The notes beneath the pieces are model-generated. The model saw nothing but the letters and a program-made list of their open reading frames with translations. It was not told the DNA's origin and searched no databases. A DNA stretch of 64,000 nt from the human T2T-CHM13v2.0 reference genome, Homo sapiens: assembly GCF_009914755.1 (NCBI RefSeq), contig NC_060931.1; one strand, 5' to 3'. Position numbers and translations under genes: made by a program. Below are positions 48,815 through 62,311 of this stretch, in pieces; position 1 is the stretch's first letter, and every line of letters begins with the position of its first letter.

Positions 48815-51800
48815 AAAAGAAAGGTTCAACTCGGTGAGATGAATGCACACATCAGAAAGAAGTTTCTCAGAAAAGTTCTGCCTAGTTTTTATGTGAAGAT
48901 ATTTCCTTATTCACCACAGGCATCAAAGCACTCCAAGTATCTCCTAGCAGATTCTACAAAAACACTGTTTCCAAACTGCTCAATGAAAAGAAAGGTTCAA
49001 ATCTACTTTATGAATGCACACATCACAAAGAGGTTTCTCACAAAGCTTCCATCCAGTTTTTATGTGAAAATATTTCCTATTTCACCATAAGCGTCAAAGT
49101 GCTCCAAATATACCTTGACAGATTTTGTGAAAAGACAGTTTCCTAACTGCTTAATCAAAAGAAATGTTCAACTCTGTGAGATGCATGCACACATCACAAA
49201 GAAGTTTCTCAAAAGCTTCTCTCTAGTTTTTATGTGAAGCTATTTCCTTTTTCCCCATAGGCCTCAAATTGCTCACAAATATCCCTTTGCAGATTCTGCA
49301 AAAAGACTGTTTCCAAACTGCTTAATCAACAGAAAGGTTCAAATCTGTGAGGTGAATGCCATCATCACATAGTAGTTTCTCAGAAAGCTTCTGTCTAGTT
49401 TTTATGTGAAGATATTTCCATTTTCACCATATGACTCAAACCACTCACAAATATCCCTTTGCAGATTCTACAAGAATTGAGTTTCCAAGCTGCTCAATGA
49501 AAAGGAACGTTTACCACTGTGAGGTGAATGCACACATCACAAAGGATTTTCTCAGAAACCTTCTCTTTTGTTTTTATGTGAAGATATTTCCTTTTTCACC
49601 ATAGGTCTCAAAGTGGTTACAAATATCAATTTGCAGATTCTACAAAAAGACTGTTGCCAAACTGCTGTATCAAAAGAAAGGTTCAACTCTCTGAGATGAA
49701 TGTGCACATCAGAAAGAAGTTCTCAGAAAGCTTCTGTGTAGTTTTTATGTGGAGATATTTCCTGTTTCACCATAGGCCTCATAACGCTCACACATATCCG
49801 TTTGCAGATTCTACAAAAAGACTGTTTCCAATCTGTTCAATCAAAAGAAATGTTCAACACTCTGTGTTGAATGCACACATCATGAAGAAGTTTCTCAGAA
49901 AGCTTTGTCTAGTTTGTATTTGAATATACTTCCTTTATCACCATAGGTCTCAAAGTGCTCACAAGTATCCCTTTGCAAATTCTACAAAAAGACTCTTTCC
50001 AAACTATTGCATCAAAAGAAAGTTTCAACCCTGTGAGATGAATGCACTCATCACAAAGAAGTTTCTCAGAAATATTCAGTCTAGTTTTAATGTGAAGATA
50101 TTTCCTTTTTCACCGTATGCTCCAAAGCACTCACAAATATCCCTAAGCAGATTCTACAAGACCAGAGTTTCCAATGTGGTCAATGAAAAGAAACGTTAAC
50201 CACTGGGAGATGAATGCACACATCACAAAACAGTTTTTCAGACACCTTCTGTCTAGTATTTTGTGAAGATATTCCTTTTTCACCATAGGACTCAAATGGC
50301 TCACAAATATCCCCTTGCAGATTCTACAAAACGACTCTTTCCAAAACACTTAATGAAAAGAAAGGATCAACTCTGTGAGATGAATGCACACATCACAAAG
50401 AAGTTCATCAGAATGCTCCTCTCTACTTTTTATGTTAAGATATTACCTTTTTCTCCATAGGCCTCAAAGGGCTCACAAATATTCCTTTGCAGATTCTACA
50501 CTAACAGAGTTCCCAATGTGCTCAATGAAAAGAAAAGTTTACCTCTGTGAGATGAATGAACACATCACAAAGCAGTTTTTCAGAAACGTTCTGTCTAGTT
50601 TTTATGTGAAGTTATTTCCTTTTTCAACATAGTTCTCAAAGCACTCACAAATATTCCTTTGCAGGTTACTCAGAAAGACTGTTGTGACACTGCTCAATCA
50701 AAAGAAATGTTCAACACTGTGAGATGCATGCACACATCACAAAGAATTTTCTCAGAAATCTTCTACTTCGTTTTTAGTTGAAAGTATTTCTCAAATCTTC
50801 TGTCTAGTTTTCCTGTGAAGATGTTTCCTTTTTCAACATAGGCCTTGATGGGCTCACAAATATCCCTTTGGAGACTCTACAAAAAGACTGTTTCCAAACT
50901 GTGCAATCAAACGAGATGTTCCACTCTGTGAGATGAATGCACACATCACAAAGAAGTTTCTCAGAAAACTTCTGTCTAGGTTTTATGTGAAGATATTTCC
51001 TTTATCACCATAGGCCTCATACCACTCACAAATATCCCTTTGCATGTTCTGTAAAAAGACTGTTTCCAATCTGATGAATCAAAACAAAAATTCAACTCTT
51101 TGACAAGAATGCACAGCTCACAAAGAAGTTTCTCAGAAAGTTTCTGACTAGGTTTTATGTGAAGATATTTCCTTTTTCACCATAGGCCTCAAAGCACTCC
51201 CAAATATCCATTTGCAGATTCTACAAAAATACTGTTTCAAAACTGCTCCATCAAAAGAGAGTTTCAACACTGTGAGATGAATGCACACGTTGCAAAGAAT
51301 TTTCTCAGAAAGCTTCTGCTTCGTTTTTAGGTGAAAATATTTCATTTTTCAACATAGGCCTCAAAGCGCTCAGAAATATCCCTTTCCAGATTCTACAAGA
51401 ACAGAGGTTCCAATATCCTCAATGAAAAAAGACGTTTACCTCTGTGAGATGAATGCACACATCAAAAAGAAGTTTCTCAGAAGGCTTCTGTCTAGTATAT
51501 AGGTGAAGATAATTACTTTTTCACCATAGGATTCAAACCACTCAAAAATATCACTTTGCAGATACTAAAAAAAGTCTGTTTGCAAACTGCTCAATCAAAA
51601 GTAAGGTTCAACTTTGTGAGATGAATGTACACATCAAAATGAAGTTTATCAGAAAGCTTCTGTCTAGTTTCTATGTGAAGATATTAGCTTTTTCACCATA
51701 GTCCTCTAAGCTCTCAAAACTGTCACTTTGGGATTCTACCACAGGACTGTCTCCAAACTGCTCAGTGAAAATAAAGGTTCAACTCTGTGAGATGAATGCA

Positions 51801-53840
51801 CACATCACAAAGAACATTCTCAAAAGCTTCTGTCTAGTTTTCCTGTGAATATATTTCCTTTTTCACCATAGGCCTCAATGGGCTCACTAATATCACTTTG
51901 GAGATTCTACAAAAAGACTGTTTCCAAGCTGCTCAATCAAAAGAAAGGTTCAACTCTGTGAGATGAATTCACACATCACAAAGAAGTTTCTCAGAAAAAT
52001 TCTATCTAGTTTTTACGTGAAGATATTTCCTGTTTCATGATAGGCCTCAAAGCGGTCACTAATATCCTTTTGCAGATTCTACAAAAAGACTGTTTCCAAA
52101 CTGCTCACAAAAGAATGGATCAACTCTGTGGGATGACTGCACACATCACAGAGAAGTTTCTCAGAAACTTCTGTCTAGCTTTCATGTGAAAATATTCCCT
52201 TGTTCACCATAAGCCTCAAACCACTAACAAATATCCCTTTGAAGATTCTACAAAAAGACTTTTTCCAAACTGCTCAATCAAAAGAAAAGTTCAACTCTGT
52301 GAGAATGAATGCACACATCACAAAGCAGTTTCTGAGAAAGTTTCTGTGTAGTTTTTATGTGAAGATATTTCCTTTCTCACCAGAGGCCTCAAAGTACTCA
52401 GAAATATCCCTTTGCAGATTCTACAAAAAGACTGTTTCCAAACTGCTCAATTTAAAGAAAATTTCAACTCTGTGAGACTAATACAAACATCACAAAGAAG
52501 TTTCTCAGAAACTTTCTGTCTAGTTTTTATGTGAAGATAATTCCTTTTTCACCATTGGCCCCAAAGTGCTCACAAATTCCCTTTAAAGATTCTACAAAAA
52601 GACTGTTTCCAAACTACTCAACCAAAGGAAATTCAGCTCCATGAGATGAATACACAAATCACAAAGTAGTGTCTCCAAAAGCTCCTGTCCAGTTTTTATG
52701 TGAATTTATTTCCTTTTTCCCCATAGGCCTCAAAGCACTCACAAATATCCCTTTGGAGATTCTACAAAAAGACTGTTTCCCAACTTCTCAATCAAAAGAA
52801 AGTTTCAACTTTGTGAGATGAATTCACACATCACAAAGACGATTCTCAGGAAGCTTCTGTCTTGTTTTTACGTGAAGATACATCCTTTTTCACCATAGGA
52901 ATCTAAGCGCTCACAAATATCCCTTTGCAGATTCTACATAAAGACTGTTTCCCAACTGCTCAATCAAAAGAAAAGTTCAACTCTGTCAGATGAGTGCACA
53001 CGTCCAAGAGAAGTTTCCCAGAATGCTTCTGTCTAGTTTTTATGTGAAGATATATCCTTTTTCACCATAGGCCTCAAAGCACTCACAAATATCCTTTTGC
53101 AGATTCTACAAAAAGACTGTCTCCAAACTGTTCAATCAAAAGGAAGGTTCAACTCTCTGAGATGAATTCCCACATCATGAAGAAGTTACTCAAAAGCTTC
53201 TGTCTGGTTTTTATGTGAAGATATTTCCTTTTTCACCTTAGGCCTCAAAGTGCTCACAAATACCCCTTTACAGATTCTACAAGAACAGATTTTCCAATCT
53301 CTTCAAAGAAAAGCATCATTTAGCTCTGAGAGATGAATGCACACATCACAAAGCAGTTCCACAGAAAACTTCCATCTGGTTTTTATGTGAAGATATTTCA
53401 TTTTTCACCATTGGCTTCAAACTGCTCAAAAATATCACTTTGCATATTCTAAGAAAAGACTGTTTGCAAACTGCTCAATCAAAAGAAAGATTCAACTCTG
53501 TGAGATGAATGCTCACATCAAAAAGAAGTTTCTCAGAAAGCTTCTGTCTAGTTTTTAAGTGAAGTTATTCCCTTTTTCACCATAGGCTTCAAAGTGCTCA
53601 TAAATATCACTTTGCAGATTCTACAGGAACAGAGTTTCCAATCTACTCAATGAAAAGAAACTTTTAACTCTCTCAGATGAATGCACACATCACAAAGCAG
53701 TTTCTCAGAAACCTTCTCTCTAGTTTTTACCTGAAGATATTTCCTTTTTCACCAGAGGCCTCAAAGCACTCAGAATTATCCCTTTACAGATCCTAGAAAA
53801 ACCAAGTTTCCAATCTTCTCAATGAAAAGAAACAGTTTTT
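48815..53840 (-). repeat. Alpha satellite, reverse orientation, 172-bp older-type monomers
   Basis: Alphoid units including the variant aagaacagagtttccaatctgctcaatgaaaagaaacgtttacc. Confidence 0.98.
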
Positions 53841-55372
53841 TCTTTTCTTTATTATTGTACTTTAAGTTTCAGGGAATATGTGCACAACCTGCAGGTTTCT
53901 TACATATGTATACATTTGCCATGTTCGTGTGCTGCACCCATTAACTCATCATTTATCATTAGGTATATCTCCTAATGTGATCCCTCCCTTCTCACTCAAC
54001 CCCACAACAGTCCATGGCGTCTGATGTTCCCCTTCCTGTGTCCGTGTGTTCTCATTCTTCAATTCCCACCTATAAGTGAGAACATGCAGTGTTTGGTTTT
54101 TTGTCCTTGAGATAGTTTGCTGAGAGTGATGGTTTCCAGCTTCATCCATGTCCCTACAAAGGACATGAACTCATCTTTTTTTATGGTTATGTAGTATTCC
54201 ATGGTGTATATGTGCCACATTTTCTTAATCCAGTCTATCATTTTTGGACATTTGTGTAGGTTCCAAGCTTTTGCTACTGTGAATAGTGCCACTATAAACA
54301 TACGTGTGCATGTGTATTTATAGCAGCATGATTTATAATCCTTTGGGTATATACCCAGTAATGGGATGGCTGGGTCAAATGGTATTTCTAGTTCTAGATC
54401 CCAGAAGAATCACCACACTGACTTCCACAATGGTTGAACTAGTTTACAGTCCAACCAACAGTGTAAAAGTGTACTAATTTCTCCATATCCTCTCCAGCAA
54501 CTATTGTTTCCTGACTTTTTAATGATCGACATTCTAACTGGTGTGAGATGGTATCTCATTGTGGTTTTGTTTTGCATTTCTCTGATGGCCATTGACAATG
54601 AGCATTTTTTCATGTGTTTTTTGGCTCCATAAATGTCTTCTTTTGAGAAGTGTCGTTTCTTATCCTTCACCCACTGTTTGATGTGGTTGTTTGCTTTTTT
54701 CATGTAAATTTGTTTGAGTTCATTGTAGACTCTGGATATTAGCCCTTTCTCAGATGAGTATGTTGCAAAAATTTTCTCCCATTCTGTAGGTTGCCTGTTC
54801 ACTCTGATGGTAATTTCTTTTGCTGTGCAGAAGCTCTTTAGTTTAATTAGATCCCATTTGTCAATTTTTGCTTTTGTTGCCATTGTTTTTGGCGTTTTAG
54901 ACATGAAGTCTTTACCCATGTCTATGTCCTGAATGCTATTGCCTAGGTTTTCTTCTACAGTTTTCATGGTTTTAGCTCTATCGTTTAAGTCCATAATCCA
55001 TCTTGAATTAGTTCTTGTATAAGGTGTAAGGAAGGGATCCAGTTTCAGCTTTCTACATATGGCTAGCCAGTTTTTCCAGCTGCATTTATTAAATAGGCAA
55101 TCCTTTCCCATTGCTTGTTTTTGTCAGGTTTGTGAAAGATCAGATAGTTGTATATATGTGACATTATTTCTGAAGGCTGTGTTCTGTTCCATTGGTCTAT
55201 ATCTCTGTTTTGGTACCACCACCATGCTGTTTTGATGACTGTAGCCTTGTAATATAGTTTGAAGTTAGGTAGCACGATGCCTGCAGCTTTGTTTTTATGG
55301 CTTAGGATTGACTTCCAAATGCAGGCTCTTTTTCGGATCCATATGAATTTCAATGGAAACAACTACTTTAAG
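53841..55372 (-). mobile_element. LINE-1 (L1PA5-like, older), 5'-truncated, with a ~21-bp terminal micro-inversion
   Basis: T-tail followed by antisense 3'UTR and ORF2 C-terminus. Older diagnostics (cattaggagatatacctaatg.taaatga.gagttaatgg, ggattataaatc, ctggaaaccatc) and more substitutions than the other L1s. Subfamily is approximate. Confidence 0.93.
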
Positions 55373-58300
55373 GCTTCTGTCTAGTTTTTATGTGAAGATA
55401 TTGCCTTTTTCACCATAGGCCTCAGAGCAATCAAAAATATCCCTTTGCAGATTCTAGAAGAACAGATTTTCCAAACTGCTCAATGAACAGAAATGATTAC
55501 CTCTGTGAGGTGAATGCACACATCACAAAGCAGTTTCTCAGAAAGCTTCTTCCTACTTTTATGTGAAGATATTTCCTTTTCCTCAATAGGCCTCAAAGCA
55601 CTCCCAAATATCCCTTTGCAGATTCCACAAAAAGAATGTTTCCAAACCCCTCAATCAAAAGAATGGTTTGACTCTGTGAGATGAATGCACACATCACAAA
55701 GAAATTTCACAGAAAGCTTCTGTCTAGTTTTTATATGAAGATATTTCCTTTTTCACCATAGGCCTCAAAGTACTCCAAAATACCCCATTGTGGATTCTAC
55801 AAAAAGACTGTTTCCAAACTGCTCAATCAAAAGCCTGGTTCACCTCTGTGAGATGAATGCACACATCACAAACAAGTTTCTCAAAAAGCTTTTGCCTAGT
55901 TTTTATGTGAAGATATTTCCTTTTTCACCATGTGACTCAAAGTGCTCTCAAATATCCCTTGGCAGAATCTAGAAGAATAGAGTTTCCTAATTGCTCAATG
56001 AAAACAAACGTTTACCTCTGTGAGATGAACGCAAACATCAAAAAGCAGTTTATCAGACAGCTTCTTTCTAGTTTTTATGTGAAGATATTTGCTTTATCAC
56101 CATAGGCCTCAAAGCCCTCCCAAATATCCCTTTGCAGATACTACAGAAAGATGGTTTACAAACTGCTCAATCAAAAGAATGGTTCAAATCCAAGAGATGA
56201 ATGCACACATCACAAAGAAGTTTCTCAGAAAGCTTCTGTCTAGCTTTTATGTGAAGATATTTCCTTTTCAACATAGGCCTCAAAGCACTCACAAATATCC
56301 CCTTGCAGTTTCTAGAAGAACAGAGTTTCCAAACTGCTCAATGAAAAGAAACATTTTACCTCTGTGAGTTGAATGCACACATCACATAGCAATTTCTCAG
56401 AAATCTTCTTTCTAGGTTTTATGTGAAGATATTTCCTTTATGACCATAGGCCTCAAAGATCTTCCAAATATCCCTTTCCAGATTCTACAAAAAGACTGTT
56501 TCCTAACTGCTTAATGAAAGTAATGGTTCAAAACTGTGAGATGAATGAACACATAAAAAAGAATTTTCTCGGAATGCTTCTGTCTACTTTTTATGTGAAG
56601 ATATTTGCTTTTTCACCATTGGCCTCAAAGCTCTCCCAAATATACCTTTGCAGATTCTACTAAAAGATGGTTTCCAAACTGCTCCATCAAAAGGTTGTTT
56701 CAACTCTGAGAGATGAAGGCACACATCACAAAGAACTTTCTCAGAAAGCTTCTGTCTAGTTTTTATGTGAAGATATTTCCTTTTCACCATACATCTCAAA
56801 GTGCTCAAAAATATCCCTTTTCAGATTCTGCAAGAAGAGAGTTTCCAAACTGATCAATGAAAAGAAACGTTTACCTCTGTGAGATGGGTGCACAGATCAA
56901 AAAGCCGTTTCTCAGAAAGCTTCTTTCTAGTTTTTATGAGAAGATATTTCTTTTTTCACAATAAGCCTAAAAATACTCCCAAATATCACTTTGCAGATTC
57001 TACAAAATGCCTGCCTCCAAACTGCTCTATCAAAAGAGGGATTCAAATCTGTAAGATGAATGCACCCATCACAAAGAAGTTTCTCAGAAAGCTTCTGTCT
57101 AGTTTTTATGTGAAGACATTTCATTTTTCAGCATAGGCCTCAAAGCACTCACAAATATCTTACTACAGATTCCAGAAGAGCAGAGTTTCCAAACTGCTTG
57201 ATGAGAAGAAACGTTTAACTCTCTTAGATGAATACACACATCACAAAGCAGTTTCTCAGAAATCTTCTTTCCAGTTTTAATGTGAAGATATTTCCTTCTT
57301 CACCATAGGTCTCAATGCACTTCCAAATATCCCTTTATAGATTATACAAAAAGACTGTTTCCAAACTGCTCAATCAAAACAATGGTTCAACTCTGAGAAA
57401 CGTATGCACACATCAGAAAGAAGCTTGTCAGAAAGCTTCTGTCTAGTAATTATGTGAAGATATTTCCTTTTTCAAAATAAGCCCAAGAGCGCTCACAAAT
57501 ATCCCTTTGAAGATTCTAGAATAACAGATTTTCCACACTGCTCAATGAAAATAAACGTTTACCTGTGTGAGATGAATGCACAGATCACAACGGAGTTTCT
57601 CCAGAAGCTTCTGTCTACTTTTTATGTGAAGTTATTTCTTTTTTCACCATAGGTTCCAAGGCATTCCAAATATTGCTTTGCAGATTCTACAAAAAGACTC
57701 TTTCCAAACTGCTCAATCAGAAGAATCTTTCAACTATGTGAGATGAATGCATACATCAAATAGAAGTTCCTCAGAAAGCTACTGTCTAGTTTTTATGTGA
57801 AGATATTTCCTTTTCACCATAGGCCTTAAACCGCTAACAAATGTCCCTTTGCAGATTCTACAAAAAGACTATCCAAACTGCTCAATCAAAAGTATGGTTC
57901 AATTCCATGAAATGAATGCACACATCACAAAGAAGTTTCTAAGTAGCTGCCATCTAGTTTTTTGGTGAGGATATATCCTTGTTCACCATATTCCTCAAAG
58001 TGTTCCTAAATATCCCATTGCAGATTCTAGAAGAACAGAGATTCCAAACTGCTCATTGAAAGAAAACGTTTATGTCTGTGAGATGAATGCATACATAACA
58101 AGCGGTTTCTCAGAAAACTTCCTTCTACTTTTTATGTGAAGATATTTCTCTTTTTTCCATAGACCTCAAAGTGATCCCAAACGTCCCTTTGCAGATTTTA
58201 CAAGAAGACTTTTTCCAAACTGCTCAATCAAAAGTGTGGTTCAATTCCGTGAGATGAATGCACACATCACAAAGCAGTTTTTCAGAAAGCTTTTGTCTAG

Positions 58301-58990
58301 TTTTTATGTGAAGATATTTCCTTTTATACTATGTGGCTCAAAGCACCCACTAATATCCCTTTGCACATTCTAGAAGAACAGAGTTTCCAAACTGCGCAAT
58401 GAAAAGAAATGTTTACCTCCGTAACATGAATGCACACATCACAAAGCAGGTTGTCAGGTTTCTTTCTCGTTTTTATGTGAAGATATTTCGTTTTTTCACC
58501 ATAGGTTTCACAGCACTCCCAAATATAGCTTTGCATGTTCTACAAAAATTGTGTTTCTAAATTGCTCAATCAAAAGAATGGTTCAACTCAGTAAGATGAA
58601 TACACATATCACAAAGATGTTTCTCATAAAGCTTCTGTCTAGTTTTTATGTGAAGATATTTCCTTTTTCACCATAGTCCCCAAAGCACTCAAAAATATCC
58701 CTTTGCTGATTATGCAGGAAGAGAGTTTCCAAATGCTCAATCAGAAGAATGGTTCAACTCTGTGAGATAAATGCAGACATTACAAAGCAGTTTCTCAGAA
58801 AGCTTCTTTCCAGTTTTTCTGTAAAGATATTGCCTTTTTTCTGCATAGTCCACAAAGCGTTCCAAATATCCCTTTGCAGATTCTAAAAAAAGATGGTTTC
58901 CAAACTGTTGAATCAATAGTATGGTTCACATCTGTGAGATGAAGGCACACATCAGAAAGAAGTTTCTCAGGAAGCTTCTGTCCAGTTTTT
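55373..58990 (-). repeat. Alpha satellite, reverse orientation, older-type monomers with 2/3-mer alternation
   Basis: Alphoid units with a recurring agaagaacagagtttcc variant. Confidence 0.98.
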
Positions 58991-60581
58991 TTTTCTTTTT
59001 ATTGATCATTCTTGGGTGTTTCTTGCAGAGGGGTATTTGGCAGGGTCATAGGACAATAGTGGAGGGAAGGTCAGCAGATAAACAAGTGAACAAAGGTCCC
59101 TGGTTTTCCTAGGCAGAGGACCCTGTGGCCTTCTGCAGTGTTTGTGTCCCTGGGTACTTGAGATTAGGGAGTGGTGATGACTCTTAACGAGCATGCTGCC
59201 TTCAAGCATCTGTTTAACAAAGCACGTCTTGCACCGCCCTTAATCCATTTAACCCTGAGTGGACACAGCACATGTTTCAGAGAGCACAGGGTTGGGGGTA
59301 AGGTCATAGATCAACAGGATCCCAAGGCAGAAGAATTTTTCTTAGTACAGAACAAAATGAAAAGTCTCCCATGTCTACTTCTTTCTACACAGACACAGCA
59401 ACCATCCGATTTCTCAATCTTTTCCCCACCTTTCCCCCTTTTCTATTCCACAAAATCACCATTGTCATCATGGCCCGTTCTCAATGAGCTGTTGGGTACA
59501 CCTCCCAGATGGGGTGGTGGCTGGGCAGAGGGGCTCCTCACTTCCCAGTAGGGACAGCCAGGCAGAGGTGCCCCTCACCTCCTGGACGGGGCAGCTGGCT
59601 GGGTGGGGGGCTGACCACCCACCTCCCTCCCAGATGGGGCGGCTGGGCTGGTGGGGGCTGACCCCCCAACTCCCTCCCGGATGGGGCGGCTGACCTGGCG
59701 GGGGCTGACCCCCACCTCCCTCCCAGATGGGGTGGCTGCCGGGTGGAGACGCTCCTCACTTCCCAGATGGGGCAGATGCTGGGCGGAGGGGCTCCTCCCT
59801 TCTCGGACAGGGCGGCTGCCGGGCGGAGGGTCTCCTCACTTCTCAGATGGGGCGGCCGGGCAGAGACGCTCCTCACCTCCCAGACGGGGTCGTGGCCAGG
59901 CAGAGGTGCTGCTCACATCCCAGACGGGGCAGTGGGGCAGAGATGCTCCTCACTTCCTAGATGGGATGGCGGCTGGGAAGAGGCGTTCCTCACTTCCTAG
60001 ATGGGATGGCGGCCGGGCAGAGATGGTCCTCACTTTCCATAACGGGCAGCCAGGCAGAGGGGCTCCTCACATCCCAGATGATGGGCAGCCAGGCAGACAG
60101 GCTCCTCACTTCCCAGACGGGGTGGCGGCCGGGCAGAGGCTGCAATCTCGGCACTTTGGGAGGCCAAGGCAGGCGGCTGGGAGGTGGAGGTTGTAGTGAG
60201 CTGAGATCTCGCCACTGCACTCCAGCCTGGGCACCATTGAGCACTGGGTGAACGAGACTCCGTCTGCAATCCCGGCACCTCGGGAGGCTGAGGCTGGCGG
60301 ATCACTCATGGTTAGGAGCTGGAGACCAGCCCGGCCAACACAGCAAAACCCCGTCACCACCAAAAAAATAGGAAAACCAGTCAGGTGTGGCGGCATGTGC
60401 CTGCAATCACAGGCACTCGGCAGGCTGAGGCAGGGGAATCAGGCAGGGAGGTTGCAGTGAGCCGAGATGGCAGCAGTACAGTCCAGCTTCAGCTCAGCAT
60501 CAGAGGGAGACTGTGGAAAGAGAGGGAGAGGGAGACCGTGGGGAGAGGGAGAGGGAGGAGAGGGAGAGGGAGAGGGGGAGC
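58991..60581 (-). mobile_element. SVA retrotransposon, apparently full length (SVA_C/D-like)
   Basis: On the + strand: T-tail, SINE-R (~59001-59490), GC-rich VNTR (~59490-60140), Alu-like part (~60141-60510) and (GAGAGG)n = CCCTCT hexamer (~60520-60580). 17-bp TSD gcttctgtc[c/t]agttttt at 58974-58990 and 60582-60598. Confidence 0.97.
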
Positions 60582-62311
60582 GCTTCTGTCTAGTTTTTAT
60601 GTGAAGATATTTCCTATTTCACCAAAGGCCCCAAAGGGCTCATATATATCCCTTTGCAGATTCCAGAAGAATGGCATTTCCAAACTGCTCAATGAAAAGT
60701 AACATTTACCTGCATGAGATGAATGCACACATCACAAAGAAGTTTATCAGAAAGCTTCTTTCCAGTTTTCCTGTGAAGATATTTCCTTTTTTCAGTCTAG
60801 GCCACAAAGCATTCTAAATATCCCTTTGCAGATTCTAAAAAAAGATGGTTTCCAAACTGTTGAATCAATAGAATGGTTCAAATCTGTGAGATGAATGCAC
60901 ACATCAGAAAGAAGTTTCTCTGGAAGCTTCTGTCTAGTTTTTATGTGAAGATATTTCCTATTTCACCAAAGGCCTCAAAGCATTCATATATATCCCTTTG
61001 AAGATTCCAGAAGAACAGTGTTTCCAAACTGCTCAATGAAAAGCAACATTTACCTGTGTGAGGTGAATGCACACATCACAAAGCCGTTTCTCAGAAAGCT
61101 TCTGTCTAGTTTTTATGTGAAGATATTTCCTTTTTTCACCATATTCCTCAAAGCGTTCCCAAATATTCCTTTGCAGATTCCGTGAAAAGACAGTTTCCAA
61201 ACTGCTCAATCAAAAGAATGGTCCAAATCTGTGAGATGAATGCACACATCACACAGGAGTTTCTCAGAAAGCTTCTGTCTAGTTTTTATGTGAAGATGTT
61301 TCCTTTTTCACCATAGGCTTCAAAGCGCTCCCAAATATCCCTTTGCAGTTGCTACAAAAACATGATTTCCAAACTGTTCAATCAAAAGAATGGTTCAACT
61401 CTGAGAGATGAAGAAACATATCACAAAAAGTTTCTCAGAAAGCTTCTGCCCAGTTTTTACGTGAAGATATTTCCTTTTTCACCATAGGCCTCAAAGCACT
61501 CACAAATATCCCTTTGCAGATTCTAGAAGAAGTGAGTTTCCAAACTGCTCAATGAAAAGAAACATTTATCTCTGTGATATATATGCAATCATCACAAAGC
61601 TGTTCCTTAGAAATCTTCTTTTTACTTTTTATGTGAAGATATTTCCTTTTTCACCATTGGCCTCAAAGTGCTCCCAAATATCTGTTGGCAAATTCTACAA
61701 AAAGATGCCTCCCATTCTGGTCAATCAAAATAATGGTTCAACCCTGTGAGATGAAAGCACACATAACAAAGAAGTTTCTCAGAAATCTTCTATTTTTTAT
61801 GTGAAGATATTTCTTTTTTCACCATAGGCCTCAAAGCAATTCCAAATGTCCCATTGGACTTTCTACAAAAAAGTGGTTCCAAACCGCTCAACAAAAAGGA
61901 TGGCTCAACTCTGTGAGATGAATGCACACATCCCAAAGCAGTTTCTCACAAATTTTCTGACTAGTTTGTGATGGAAGATATTGTTTTTTCCATCTCAGGC
62001 CTCCATGTTAATGCTAATATCCCTTCCCAGATTCTAAAAACACTGTGCTTCCAAACTGCTCAATCAAAATTATGGTTCAACACTGTGAGATGAATGAACA
62101 CATTACAAAGAAGTTTCTCAGATAGCTTCTGTGTAGTTTTTATGTGAAGACATTTCCTTTTTCAATGTAGGCCACAAAACACTAAAAAATATCCCTTTAC
62201 AGATTCTAGAAAAACAGAGTTTACAAAATGCTCAATGAAAAGAAACTTTTACATCTGTGAGATGGATGCACACATCATAAAGCTGTTTCTCAGAATGCCT
62301 CTTTCTAGTTC
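60582..62311 (-). repeat. Alpha satellite, reverse orientation, older-type monomers
   Basis: Alphoid units that resume in phase after the SVA TSD. Confidence 0.98.

Noticed and set aside
60141-60510. Independent Alu insertion
   Set aside because: It is the Alu-like domain of the SVA, with no separate A-tail or TSD.
59171-60702. Overlapping GC-rich ORFs up to 181 aa
   Set aside because: Stop-poor frames of the SVA VNTR and Alu-like region; SVA is non-coding.
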